NCBI RefSeq assembly: GCF_009914755.1
Contig: NC_060932.1
DNA from: the human T2T-CHM13v2.0 reference genome, Homo sapiens
DNA: 64,000 nt
Strand: one strand, 5' to 3'
Shown here: piece by piece, positions 29,705-45,177 of the stretch
Layout: every line of letters begins with the position of its first letter
How positions within the stretch are numbered: position 1 is the stretch's first letter
Translations under genes and position numbers: made by a program
Notes under the pieces: model-generated
The model's database searches: none
Told to the model about the DNA's origin: nothing
What the model saw: only the letters and a program-made list of their open reading frames with translations

Positions 29705-32700
29705 TCACTTGTTTTCTTGAACACTGAAAACATTTTTTTTTTAATTGATATCTGAAACTTCCAATGTCTGATTTCCTTGTAGGTGTGTTTCTAGTCCAGA
29801 TTTTTTTCTTTATATTTGATGACTTGTTTTCTTCTCCTACTAGTATTTATTAGTAAATTGGACATTGAGTGTGAAATGTTATAGAGATTCTGGATGATGG
29901 TATCTTCCTTTGGAGAGGATTTAATTCTTTTCTGGCAGAGAGAATGGAAACATGTTATCTTGTTGCAATCATAGTTGGAGAATCTATGGCTCATTGAGCC
30001 TTTCTAGGGTCTTGCTCTGTTTATTTTGTCCCTAAAGTGTACTTTTGTAGGGTTTTCAGTTTAAAAAAATGGATGTTTATTAGAGTTTGGTTTTTTTTTT
30101 TTTTCAGTCCCTAAATCCCAATATTTACTCTCACAGCACTGTGCAACTAAAGAATTCTCTGCTTAGATTGTATCCTCTTAGGTTTATTTTCTGCTTGACT
30201 CTTTGGCCTCCACCCTCGTGTAGCTTATTAATCATCAAATGCCTTGAGGGGAAAAGTGGCAAAGACCATTTGGGTTGCCTCTGTTAGTTTCCACTTGGCA
30301 GCATTTTGACCCATTGTCTATCTTGGTTGTGTTTGATACATTCAAAATATTGTCTTTTGTTTATTTGTTCTTGTTGAAAAATCATAAAAGTTGGATAATT
30401 TTATTTTTTCTTGTTTTGGAGGTAGGGGTGTGGGGCTGTTATCTGAGACAAGCCACTTTATCATAAGCAGGAACATAAGTACTTATTAAAATCTTCATCT
30501 AAAAATGTTGTAAAAAAATCTTTATAAATGAATTAAATCTTTATTTTATTCTCATTTGAATAATAAAAAGCATTTTAATTTAAGAAAAACATTATATAGA
30601 AAGAACACATTTTCTTCTTTTCTACTTTAGGAGTTTTAAGATTAGATATTGTCAGTTTGTTACAGTACACTAATTTAAAAAACAAACATGAGGCTCATAT
30701 TGTTTTTATGGAAGACTAATTGAAACTCTGGAGAAGATAAACAAAAATATTAGAAGAATAGCTCCGATAATTGATACTAAGAATAATTTTACATGGAATA
30801 ATTTGTGCTTGAAGGGGGAAAACAGATTAATTGGAGTTTAAGAGCTAAAGAACATCTGGGAACTTTGTTTTGTATAAATACAAAACAATTTACATTTTTA
30901 TACAAAACACAGAAAATCCTACTATAAATAAAATGATGAAGGTGAAATTCTCTAGGGGACATGTAGCTCTGTTGTAGGACAAGTTCATTGTGGTTTGAAT
31001 TTATAAGTTAGAAAGAACTAGAAAGTCACTAAGTGAACACTGAAAAATGGCTTCTTTAAGAGCCGATAAATGAGTAGGAAATTTTTGTCCATTTGATAGT
31101 AGAGGTCATTAGGTCATTGGTTGCAGAAATGTTGGCAATTTTGTTGGTTGTACTTGTGGTTGTTGATTATTGTGGGAGCAGGGTTGAAGACTAAGCTCTG
31201 ATTTTTTATCTTACCCAAATTCCTGCCTAAGAGGTCTAGGGAGTCATGCCCCACAAACCACAAATTCTCATCAGATGGGTTTTATTTAACCCTATATATT
31301 TTGACTTACTTTTGAACCTAACTCTAGCATAATATTATGAGACAAGGAAAAAAATATTTAACCCAAAATATATTTCCTTACCATACCTTAACATTGCCCT
31401 GCAAAGTCTCTGGTGGGAAGAATCCACATTCTATAGAGAAACCCCTACCCCTTTTGTTTTCCGGCCTTCCTTCCCAGATCCAGGAAATAATCAACTAAGA
31501 GCCAGTCACCCTTTTAAGTCCTATAAAAAACAATTTACAACCTGCTGTCTCTAAAGTCTGCTATCTAAGAGCTTCCTCTGAACAATAAAACTTGGTCTCC
31601 ACAGTCCTTTACCTTTAACCTGAACATTCCTTTCTATCAATACCAGGTCTTCAGACAACTTCAACCAATTGTCAACCAGAAAATGTTCAAATTTACCTAT
31701 AGCCTGGAAGCCCCCACTTTGAGTTGTCCTGCCTTTCCAAACCAAACCAGTGTATTTCTTAAATGTATTTGATTGATAACTCATGCATCCTAAAATACAT
31801 AAAACCAAGCTGTACCCCAATCACCCTGGGCACATGTTCTCAGGACCTCCTGAGGGCTATGTCATAGGCCATGGTCACTCATATTTGGCTCAGAATAAAT
31901 TCCTTCAAATATTTTACAGAGTTTGACTCTTTTTGTCAACAATATAAAGAGAGGCTGGCGCCTAATGTGCGGCCTCAGAGAAGACTCAAGACCCCAAAGG
32001 AGTTGACTGAAAGTGGAGCTAAGGTACAAGCAGGGGCCCATTGAAGCCCCACTGAATTCAAGCTCCTCCTCCAGTAGAACTGGTAAGTCCTTCTGACCCC
32101 AGGACCTCCCTTAGGTTAAACGTCCTTGATTTATTCTAAGCTGGTTTTCCCTAGGAAGTTGTTGTTAAAGGATCCTAATGCAAGTTTGGAGGTGCATTTC
32201 TAAAGGGTCTTCTCAATTGCTTTTCTCTCAGAATTAACTAAGAATAAGGAGAAAACAAGTAGAATGACCCCCTTTTGAGCACTTCTCAAAAGGGGTTCTC
32301 AAAAGAGGTTTATGGCACCTCCACTTGAAGTAATATGGTCTTTGTGCACAGTTTACTTTCAGAAAAAAAGTCCTAGGGTTGACCTGCAAACTGTAGAGTT
32401 TCTATTCTAAGTTATCTTTCTCTATTTTCTTTTCTGCTTGCTTTAAATCTGCTGTTACTTTTCTACTGAGATTAAAAAAAATAATAATAACCGCTGTTTG
32501 GATCTAACAGTTTTTTTTTCTTTGTTTTGTTTTGTTTTTTGTTTTTTGTTTTTTTTTTGCAAGCCAGAAAATTTATATTCATCTCATGGCTAAAGTACTA
32601 AAGTAAAGCTATAGGATCTTTGTGTTTGTATGTGTATGTATGTATATATGCATGTGTATATTTAAAGGCCTTTATAAATTCTATAATGTTATGTTTAATT

Positions 32701-34082
32701 GGCAGTTAAATGTTTTAATTTCCCTCTGGCACACCGAACTTTTTCTCCTTATACCTTATCATGTAAATTTTGCTATCTAATCTTCACCTGAGTTATTTCC
32801 TTTAATATGCAAATTTGGGGCTATTTAGCTAACTACTGCCTAGGGTGATGCAACATATTATCAAAAATATAAAAGTCTAAAATAAAAAAAAAAGGAAAAC
32901 AAAAGTCTTTTCTAAATCTATAAAATACTTGTATCAGAATGCCTAATTACATCTACATGTTTATGTGTGTGTATACAATATTTTCACTACTAAAAATATA
33001 TGAAGAGCTCTAATCAACTGGCTTTAAAAAAGCACTCAAATCAAATACAGAAAACAAAAAAAAACCAGAAGAGTAGTCAAATGTTTTTTCAAGTTCATGT
33101 GACTTAAGTAAAATCTTTACTAAATAAACCAGCATTAAAATTATCAGTAAATAATATCAGCAATGTCTTTAGAATTGTTAGCAGTTTTTTTTTTTGCATC
33201 TGTTGATCAAGTAGTTTAATGTTTATTCCTGTAGAATACTATAAGATTTGCCATAAGAGTTATAAACGATAAAACCCAGCCCAAGACAGAATGATCTTTG
33301 CTTGTATATGCTTATAAAATATTGTTGGCTTAAATGAAAACAACTGCATACTGAGTTATTGGTATAAATACCCTTAAAACTAACCATAAGCTTTATTACT
33401 AAAGTAAATATCTGAAATTCACAGCTATAAAAAGGGTTTATAGAAAAATATATTAAATATTTGCTATCACAGTTTTTTGTAAATAATCTAGGTAAACTAC
33501 AAGATTAATTGGGTAAGTGTAATGAAATAAAATCTTGTAAACAAACTTGTCATAATTTAGGATCTAAGGTTATTATTTGATATAAGTATCTGGGTAATTT
33601 GTAATTTAAAAATTATAGGAATACTTTTTTAACATTCTTATTAGAGGTAAAATATCTTTGTCTAATCCAAACCTTATTTAAGTGTTAGGTTTAAAACAAG
33701 GTAAAAAAAAAAAATCAGGAAATAATAGATGCAAAGAAAGTTAAAGATGTAGAAAGATATTTTTGGTAAAGAATGTAAAAAGAAAAATTATTTTATACAA
33801 AAAAGAATCTTGTATGGTGAATTTTTGCCCTAAAATAAAATAACTGCGTTGTTCAAGGAAGAAAGATATTTGGGGTAAAACAAAAAGTCTAACCATTGTG
33901 AATGATCTATGTAAGTCATAATAAGGTTAGTAAAATGAATTTATAAGGGGCTTGTGTAATTCAGTTGGCTATAATTAAAAAGAAATCATAATCTTTCTAG
34001 AAATTGATATTTAATACTAAAAAACGTACATGAATACAAAACTAAATAATTGGTTAAAACAAGATTTTATTACAAATATTGA

Positions 34083-34392
<310 letters not shown>

Positions 34393-34617
34393 AAATACTG
34401 GCTTATTTTTAATGCAAAAAGTTTTTAAGTTTTTAAATTCTATAATCTGTTTAACATTTTTCAGATTGAGATCTTTAAAGCACTACTCTCTTTTAAAAAA
34501 GTCTTAAATGATGACTTTCTCCTTCACCTTTTGTTGGCTCCTGTAACTTTTACTAATCTAAGGGAAAAAAATTGTTTTTGAAAACAGGCAAATATAGCAT
34601 ATTTTAGACATGCCTTT

Positions 34618-34910
34618 TGGCTCACGCCTGTAATCCCAGCACTTTGGGAGGCCGAGGCGGGTGGATCACTTCAGGTCAGGAGTTTGAGACACAGACTAAC
34701 CAACATGGTGAAACCCCATCTCTACTAACAGTACAAAAATTAGACTGGTGTGGTGGTGGGTACCTGTAATCTCAGCTACTTGGAAGGCTGAGGTAGGAGA
34801 ATTGCTTGAACCCAGGAGGCAGAGGTTGCAGCAAGCTGAGATTGTAACACTGCACTTAGCCTGGGAAATAGTGAGAATCCGTCTCAAAAAAAAAAAAAAA
34901 AAAAAAAAAA
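34618..34910 (+). mobile_element. 5'-truncated AluS inside MER4-int
   Basis: Starts tggctcacgcctgtaatccc; A25 tail; TSD gcctttt. Confidence 0.93.
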
Positions 34911-36859
34911 GCCTTTTATTCTGCATAGCTGTTATACCTCTATCTTTATATGTATCACGTGGAAGTAATATTTCACTTTCAAACTAAATAAAATAGCTCT
35001 AATCAAATAACTTAAAAATGTAAGTGCTTATCAGATTGGCAAAAGCTAGCTCAGATGCCTCTTAATTTATATAACCTTAGTAATCTTTATTAAAAATTAA
35101 TTTGGTACATTTAATCTCAAAACTCTCCAGTAATTTAAAATTCTTAAAGTCATGTTTAAACCTTCAGGATTTTTCGCACCACTGGAAATTTGGGTTACTA
35201 AAAAGTTAAAATAATAAAAGCATAAAATAAGCTTTTGTTAAAATTTTATTAAAATTTTATAAAATACAAGGATGTCAATTTTCAATAAATGTAAGGTTTT
35301 TGGTTAAGAAACTGTTTAAAACTTGCTTTAAAATAAAGGAAATTATACAGATAAAATTAAATGAAAAAAAAAAAAAACTATCTAGGGCAACAACACCCTA
35401 AGCCCTATGGTTATCAAGAAAATAGTTGATATAGGGAAAGGGCAAAACCATGTAACTATTTAAAAACCAAAGGGTGTAATGTTAAGGAATTGTTTCATTT
35501 TGTAGATTAGTATCATTCAGCTTCTTTAAAAAAAACTTTAGTGGATTGTAGAAATAACTACTTTAAAAACAAAATTCTTAATTTCAAATGCTTCAAAATG
35601 TAAGCCCTTGTTTGAATTAATGCAGGACCCACAGCTCATTAGTGAACAATCACTGATGCACAGGAAGCTATTCCTAAAAAAGCAATCAGCCTAGTAGGCC
35701 AGATAATGCCCATTATAAGGTCTGTTTGCCCTGAGAAGGGGATTGCCCAACGCTCCCTATAAAATACCAAGTAAAGTACCCCAGATGAAGCAGTTGACAT
35801 GTTTCATATGCAAGACATGTTGGACTAGCTTTATGATAACTGGGATATCCTCCCACCTAATACGTCTGTTACCCACGTCATGGTAAATGTGGGGGTTAAA
35901 GGGGCCCCTTTTACATGGGTACCCCTCCCACAGAATCATAGGTTTATTTAAGAAGCCTTATCAAATCTGCTATCCCCCATAGGTCATACAGATGCAACCC
36001 CCTGCTGGGAACCCCGACCCTTTTCACCAGAAAAGGTAAAATTGGTCTGGGGGTAAAACGGCTTTCTGGAACCAGAGCACAAAAACATACAGGTTAATAG
36101 AATTATAAAATGTAAGATGTTTAAACAAGATTTATGTAAGTTAGTCATAACCACTTTTACTTAAATGCCTTATAAAAATAGGTACTATATCTAACTGGGA
36201 ATGTTTTCCCCTTTCTAATACTATAAAACCAAAGACATGTAAATCTGCTCATGTAAATTCTCCGCTGCATAGCCTTTTGTGTGGAGCATTTATTGGGGCT
36301 AATGGCAAAAACCGTAAGTATTTTTCGGTAACAATGACTGAGCTAGAGAATTTCTACTTGATGGGGCATTTACTGCTTTGCTATGGAATATTAACTAAAG
36401 CTATCCCTATATTAATGGAAGTAATGTTTCCCAAAAAGTTCCATAATAAAATAAAAATGGTTTACATGAAATCTTGCTACCTGATAAGCAAAAAGCCTCT
36501 TTTCTAAAACTAATTGTAAGGAGTTGCTAAACTCCAGTGCCTAATAGCTCTCGTGAGCTGTTTGGTCTGTAAATGGCATTTCCAAGGTAAACAAACATCT
36601 CGTTTCAAAAGCTGCTGCTCTGGTTAAAGAAGGATTAAAATATATGTATATATATTTTCTTTTATTTGGGGAAAGTATGTTTTTATAGGCAAATTTCCCT
36701 TTCTAAGTCCTCCAGAATTCAGATTGTAGTTTTATGGCAATATAGTTGTCTGCATAAGTTCAATAATAATTTTTTAAAAAACAAAGGCACTCGTTATTTT
36801 ATAAAGACTGAAACTAAAATAACCTATTTTTAGGTAAAGTTTCAGTAAAACCAACTTTA

Positions 36860-37240
<381 letters not shown>

Positions 37241-38481
37241 CTAAAACTTACCTTGCACACAAATTGACCTTGCTATAATATTCTCTTTAATAAAAAAGGT
37301 GGCTAAAAAAAATTGTTTCAAAGGCAAAGCATAACACTTAATACTGGATTTCAGCCTTAACTTTTTTTAAGTACAAATTAAATCATTATTTCTTGGCATA
37401 ATAATCCTCTAAAAAGTACTACATTATAATTTTTCTTCATATTTTTAGTTGGTACCCTAAAGGAGTAGGTTCCTTTTCCTGGTCTAACATACAAATTACT
37501 ATTATAGCTGTCAAACTATAAATGTTATTTATCTCTTTTTGTTTTACTTCCAAAAAAACCAAGATCATGGTATTCTAAAGACCAGAGATACAAATCTCCC
37601 TCATTTGGCATCCTACTGGGCCCAGATCTGTTCCACTGCTAATGCTCTGTTGCTAAAACTATACAAGCCGCCTCCCTCTAGGCCCAGGGACTATTGCAGA
37701 AGAGGTAGGCACGTAAGATTGTAAGGGCCAGTTTTAAGGGATAAAATTAAAACAAAATCAAACCCTCCAAATCAAAAAGGGGGTACTAAAAATGCCTAAA
37801 CCGCTGGTAAAACAATTTGGTTGCCTTTTAAACTGTTATGTGTCACTTTTGCATCCACCCCAACCATAAAAATTTTCTGCTTACTATAAAATTAAAGGAA
37901 AATATTTACTAACAGGATAAAATACCTTGTAACAAAGTCTCCTGGGTATAATACTCCCAATTATGAGTTGTAAAAATAAATCTATCTATATATATTTAAT
38001 TTTTCAGAACAGTGCTTATGTTTGTATGGCTAATTGCTGTAAGTCTGTAACAAAAACCAAGCTCACACACAACAGCTCAACACATAAAAGTTAAAACAAG
38101 TCAGTCTTACAGCTTTTCCTTTTGGTTTTTCTATCTGCCTTTTTACTTAAAACAATAGTTTAAAAAAGTCACAAATGCCTGTCCACATCCATTTTTATCT
38201 GGCCTAAAACAATTAATTGGCTATAAGTCTTTTAACTCTTAAGGCCCTCAGCTATAGGAAGTCCTGCCAAGAAAAAAATGACACTGTAGATTTATATAAC
38301 TTTCCCTGTAACAAAACCTTTTCTCTCCCAAATACCAGTATATGGTGCAATACAAAAGTGGGGAGAAAAATAGATTTGTCTATTGTTAACAAGTCTATAA
38401 CAATTTAAACACCAAGAACCAGGCATTTCTTGCATTTAATTTATACCCTCCTCAGGATGCTATATCTATAAAGATAAATTA

Positions 38482-38794
<313 letters not shown>

Positions 38795-40468
38795 AAAAGA
38801 TTACATTTATTAAATTCTAATTTAATGTTGGTCCTACAATTCTCAAGTAAGATTTATCAAAAGATCCAAATAACCCTTAATAAGGAAGGGAAACACATTG
38901 TAAGTCTAATCAAAAATATAATAATGCATATGGGTTTTTTCTGGCTCATTAGTTTGTTTATTGCCCTCTATTTCTACCTGTAACCTTGGATGCCCAAACC
39001 TTCACTATCTTTATCATATTACTATATTAACATTAAACATTTTCTTGTAAATGTTATGCCAAATGCAGCAGAAGAAAAGGCACGATTAAAGACTCGAATC
39101 ATAATAGCTCAAAAAATCTGATCTAGGATTTTTTTTTTAAACAAACCCTAGGCCTGACTCCATCTCACCCCTTAAACAATTGGCTATTACATCACATCAG
39201 ACCATGTCCTCCCCCATTATTCAAATCACTAATATTTAAAACTATTACCACCAATCAGACTACATGGGAATAAGCATTCCTAGTGCCATGAAACCTCACC
39301 AAATGACCAAATCAAACACCCCTAGGAATAAGCCTCCTAGTGCTGTGGGAACCGATGCTGTTTAGTTGGCCTGCAGGTGCATTCTGTGGAAAGCTTTTTG
39401 GCCAAGAGTGGGGACTAAGGACTAAGCTCTTATTTTTTTTATCTTACCCAAATTCCTACCTAAGGGGTCTATGGAGTCATGTCCTACAAACCATAAATTC
39501 TCATCAGATGGGTTTTATTTAACCCTATATATTGTGACTTACTTTTCAATCTAACTCTGGCATAACATTATGAGACAGGGAAAAAAATGTTTAACCCCAA
39601 AATATATTTCCTTGCCATACCTTAAAATTGCCCTGCAAAGTCACTTGTGGAAAGAATCCACATTCTATAGAGAATCCCCTTGCCCCTTTGTTTTATTTCC
39701 TTCCTTCTCAGATCCAGGAGATAATCAACTAAGAGCTAGACATGATTTAAGTCCAATGAAAAACCATTTACAACCTGTTATCTCTAAAGTCTGCTATCCA
39801 AAAAGCTTCCTCTGCACAATAAAACTTGGCCTCCACAATCCTTTATCTTTAACCTGAACATTCCTCTCTATCCATCCCAGATCTTCAGACAACCTCAACC
39901 AATTGTCAACCAGAAAATGTTCAAATTTCCCTATAGCCTGGAAGCCCCTGCTTTTGAGTTGTCCCGCCTTTCTAAACCAAACCAGTGTATTTCTTAAATG
40001 TATTTGATTAATGTCTCATGCATCCTAAAATACATAAACCAAGCTGTAACCCAATCACCTTGGGCACGTGTTCTCAAGACCTCCTGACGGCTATGTCATG
40101 GGCCATGGTCACTCATATTTGGTTCAGAATAAATCTCTTCAAATATTTTAGAGTTTCACTCTTTTCATCAATAATGTTAAATATTTTTTTTTTATTCTGA
40201 CCAAGTACTTGTATAAATGTTTGTTCAGTAAATTTTCTCATTGTCTGGGAATACTTTTGTAGCAATTCTATTATCCTATTATATTTCAGTGCATTGTTCA
40301 TACCATATAGATACAAGAAATGTGTATGAATAATAAGATGCTATTTGGGAGCAATCTTTCTTCCAAATTTGAACTAATTTGAACTACTGACATACATTTT
40401 AGTTTTTTAGTATTCTGTTGGCTACATTTGCTTATCAAAGGTTAAAATTTGGATTCATTGATTTATAC

Positions 40469-40681
40469 CAGTAGTTCTCAGCTATGGACTAAGTGCCTCC
40501 AAGGCACATTTCACAATACCTGGAGACACTTTTTCTTGTTTGCACAAAGGAGAAGTTCCCATTGACACTTGTAGGGTAGAGGCCAGATGCTGTTTTATAC
40601 TTCAAAGTGCACAGGGGAGCCCATTACAACAAAGCTTTATCCTGCCCAAAATGTCAGTTATGTCAGGGTTGAGGAACTCTG
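40469..40681. mobile_element. MER20 hAT-Charlie MITE
   Basis: cagtagttctcag...gggtagaggccagatgctg...gcccaaaatgtcag...gttgaggaactctg. Confidence 0.85.
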
Positions 40682-40982
40682 ATCTAAAGATAAAAATAAT
40701 ATGAATAAAAATGTAAAGAAAATACACATAAATGCAGTTACTCAAATTAGTAGGCATTATGAGTGTCTAGTATTTACCAGATTTGTGCTTATTCAAAGGT
40801 GAATGTAGATCTATGTGAGAGATAAAACACACAAATATACATTTTTAATAGATAAGTATTTTTATGAAAAATAATTTATTTATATCAGAAATGACAGTAA
40901 CAGATAGGCGAGGAATTTGTGCATGTAAATAGCATACCCATGTTTGAACTTACAGATTAAGCATAAAATGCATCTCATGGAA

Positions 40983-41309
40983 TGTCTTGGGTGGAGATGA
41001 ATAGAGGCCTGCATCACGGGTAGTAAAAGAATTTACTGAAACAGCAGTGAGTTAAATAAAGCAAGTTTATTAGAGAGAAAGTACTTTGCAAGGAAGCAAC
41101 GGGCAACACAGCGGAGAAGGGAATGTCTGCAAAGAGGCAGGGGCTGGAGGAAAGTTTTACAGGGTCATGGTGCTAGGACTACTTGCATGGAGTGAGGCAT
41201 TTGGGAACAGGATATTGTGCCACTGGGTTTTTTGTGGTTAGCTGTCTCCAAACAATTGTTCTCCCCTCCCTGGGGCCCCTCTTTGTTGTTAAGTTATCAG
41301 GACTCCACA
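40983..41309 (-). mobile_element. ERV1 solo LTR (MER93-like)
   Basis: Reverse start tgtggagtcctgataac; reverse AATAAA (tttatta); homologous to 61862-62224. Confidence 0.7.
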
Positions 41310-42348
41310 TGAAATATTTAGCAGTCATCTGTAATACAATTTACTGTGGAGAACTGTGAAATGGGAAGGTTATATTTTTCTGTTGGTGAAAAGAGAAATA
41401 GGAGATTGCTTCAAAATGGGGTAGCCTACCATAAAGAAATGAAAATACTGGAAGCTTTATGCTTTCAAGTGTGTGCTTGACACTTCAGATGACCTTGATT
41501 ACATTTTGTTTACTCTGCCCTTAAATTTATTAAATCTACAAATTTCCAATTGCGTACACATTTATACTTTAGCTTTTCTGTAACCACTATTACTGAAACC
41601 ATGGTAATGAAATCATCTTTGTTAGAATTCTGTAGATTGTCAAATAAACTTCAGAAAAAGTGAGTCTAATTGCAAGTTGATTCTCAAATATCAACTGATA
41701 ATGGTTGCTGGAAGCATTTTAATATTTTATTAGATGGAGACAGTTTGAAATTTAAAGACAACTTGAACTTGCTTGCTTGAAGTCACAAAATTTGCATTCC
41801 AAATTTGAAAGAATGGAGGTAAGAAAGGAGGCAGTGTAGGAAGAGAACACTATCATGAACCCAGGTGCTTTCAACTATCATAGTATTTAAACCTTACTGT
41901 AACTATTTTAAGTGGATATTATTATCATCATTATATAAAAGGAAATGAGACTAATTGTTCTCAGTGTCCAGCTCCTAACTAGGGAGGTAGCTTGAATTCA
42001 GTTCCTTTGAAATGAAAGTTACTGGTCTTTCCTCATATGCTCCTTCTTTTTGACAGAATTTATACTAATGTTCATGACTTCATTGAATCTATTTTGCATG
42101 AGTGATTTTGCTGAAGGTAACAGATGAAAAATACACACACATTGCTGATGAGGGGCTCCTAAAGCAGACTTGATGAATCCATAAGATGGAACACAGTAAC
42201 AAGTTAAGAATAAACATAGAATATTCCATTAAAATATACCTTTAAATTTGAAATATGTAAAATAATAATCTAGTGTAATTAGATAATTTAAAACCTCTAT
42301 TTTTATTTTATTTACCTCGGTGAGGCTTTTGGAATCTGAAAAATGTAT

Positions 42349-42466
42349 CACATCCAAATAGTATTTTACATTTTGACTTTTTGCATTATTTCCTTATCTG
42401 TAGAGACCACATCCAAATAGTATTTTACATTTTGACTTTTTGCATTATTTCCTTATCTGTAGAGAC
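42349..42466. repeat. Perfect 2 x 59-bp tandem duplication
   Basis: cacatccaaatagtattttacattttgactttttgcattatttccttatctgtagagac occurs twice with no mismatch. Confidence 0.97.
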
Positions 42467-42861
42467 CCTTAATACTACTAATTTTTCCAAATGTATAATT
42501 ATGTCATATATTTCTTTAAGTCAAATTTTAATTCAAGTATCAAATTATCATTTTAACCAGCTCTTCCTTGTGTTCCTGGATACCCATCAGGCTTAATCAC
42601 ACTGAGTTAGAATCCCTAACCACTATCTTAATGAGTGAACCTGCTTTGTTAGTGTGGCTGGATGTCTTGGCTTGCCAGAAAACCTTGGCTTTATCATTTT
42701 AAAAGTTTGTTCTGACTTCTTAGAAAGTGTTATTTGAGTTACATGGTTTGATTGTTTATTAAAACAGTATTATAAATGCAGTTTAGCTTCAAATTATACA
42801 TTTTATTTGTGTTAAAGACTAGAATACCTCTGACTCATTTAGTATTGAAAGAGACCTAGCC

Positions 42862-43182
<321 letters not shown>

Positions 43183-43217
43183 TCATTAGAGTTTACAAAA
43201 TATAGGGATTTTTAAAA

Positions 43218-43560
<343 letters not shown>

Positions 43561-43950
43561 TAGAGTAAAAAAAAGTAATTGATTATTTTTGGTTTTTGTA
43601 GAAGTAATAAGACATTTTGATACTTTCAACTTCATTTATTTTCTGTGTTGTTTTAAAGACTTCTTCTCCTAGATAACGAGATAATTTTGTAACTTTGCTG
43701 ATTCTGCATCAGTTGCCATGGTTTTTGATTGGTGCTTTACTACCTAAGACTGTACAAATAACAATAATCCCAAGAAACTGTTTTTTGAGAATAAAATTTT
43801 ATTAATTAAATGCTCAAGTTAAAGCATTTAAAAATAACTTTCCTGAGTGCATAGAAACTGACTAAGAATCAGACAAAGAGGCTAACATCTTTCTGTGTAT
43901 ATTAGGCCAAATTGTTGGGTGAGATGAATGAAATTCAGAATAAGGAGGAT

Positions 43951-44805
43951 TGAGAGGTGAAGCCAGCTGGGCGTCTGGGTAGGGTGGGGACTTGGAGAAC
44001 TTTTGTGTCTAGCTAAAGGATTGTAAATGCACCAATCAGCGCTCTGTGTCTAAAGGATTGTAAACGCACCAATCAGCACTCCGTAAAATGGACCAATCAG
44101 CACTCTGTAAAATGGACCAATCAGCGCTCTGTAAAATGGACCAATCCCCAGGATGTGGGTGGGGCCAAATAAGGGAATAAAAGCTGGCCACCCCAGCCAG
44201 CTGGGGCAACCTGGGTCCCCTTCCACTCTGTGGAAGGGTTGTTCTTTTGCTTTTCACAATAAATCTTGCTGCTGCTCACTCTTTGGGTCCACACAACCTT
44301 TGTGAGCTATAACACTCTCTGCGAAGGTCTGTGGCTTTACTCCTGAAGTCAGGAAGACAACAAACCCAGTGAGTGGAACAAACAACTCCGGACAGGTAAC
44401 CTTTAAGAGCTGTAACACTCACTGTGAAGATCTGCAGCTTTACTCTTGAAATCAGCGAGACCGCGAACCCACCAGGTGGAACAAACAAGTCTGGATATGC
44501 CACCTGTAAGAGCTGTAACACTCACTGTGAAGGTCTGTGGCTTTACTCCTGAAGTCAGCAAGACAACGAACCCAGTGGGTGGAACAGACAACTCCGGACA
44601 GGCAACCTTTAAGAGCTGTAACACTCACTGTGAAGAAGATCTGCGGCTTCACTCCTGAGGTCGGTGAGACCACGAACCCACCGGAAGGAAGAAACTCCGG
44701 ACACACCATCTTTAAGAACTGTAATACTCACCACGACTGTCTGCGGCTTCATTCTTGAAGTCAGCGAGACCAAGAACCCACCGGAAGGAACCAATTCAGG
44801 ACACA
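43951..44805 (+). mobile_element. LTR12 (ERV9) solo LTR
   Basis: tgagaggtgaagccagctggg...ccaattcaggacaca; perfect 4-bp TSD ggat (43947-43950, 44806-44809). Confidence 0.95.
44020..44263 (+). promoter_or_regulatory. LTR12 U3 promoter: five CCAAT (NF-Y) boxes, GT/GC box, TATA-like AATAAAA, downstream polyA signal
   Basis: ccaatc at 44032, 44069, 44093, 44117 and 44141; gggtggggcc ~44157; aataaaa ~44176; aataaa ~44258. Motifs only; activity not shown. Confidence 0.6.
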
Positions 44806-45177
44806 GGATGAATTGATGAGGATGGAGGAAAGGGAAATAGTTCAACTCTGTGAGCTCATGTTATAACTGATATGTTTTCTTCTACAGGAAACATTTTCTA
44901 AATTCTCTAAGAGGAATGCCATTATGTTTTAAAATAGGTTTATGGGATGTTAACTTTTTTCTTCCAAATCACCTTCTATTTAAGGTCAAATGTTTTGCTT
45001 ATTTTTTGAATTAGAAGAAATAAATGCCACAGAAGCATTCTTTTTAAAAGGTTCTTTTCAATAGCATACAAATCAAAGAGATCTACCTATACTGTATTAA
45101 TGGGAGGACCAAATTCTGTCTTTATACTGATAGCTACCTTATAATCAGTAGAGCTAAAATGGTTGTGACTGAAGAGT

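Noticed and set aside
44020-44805. Regularly spaced repeats as a CRISPR-like array
   Set aside because: Units are contiguous without unique spacers and are the U3/U5 repeats of LTR12 in a primate genome
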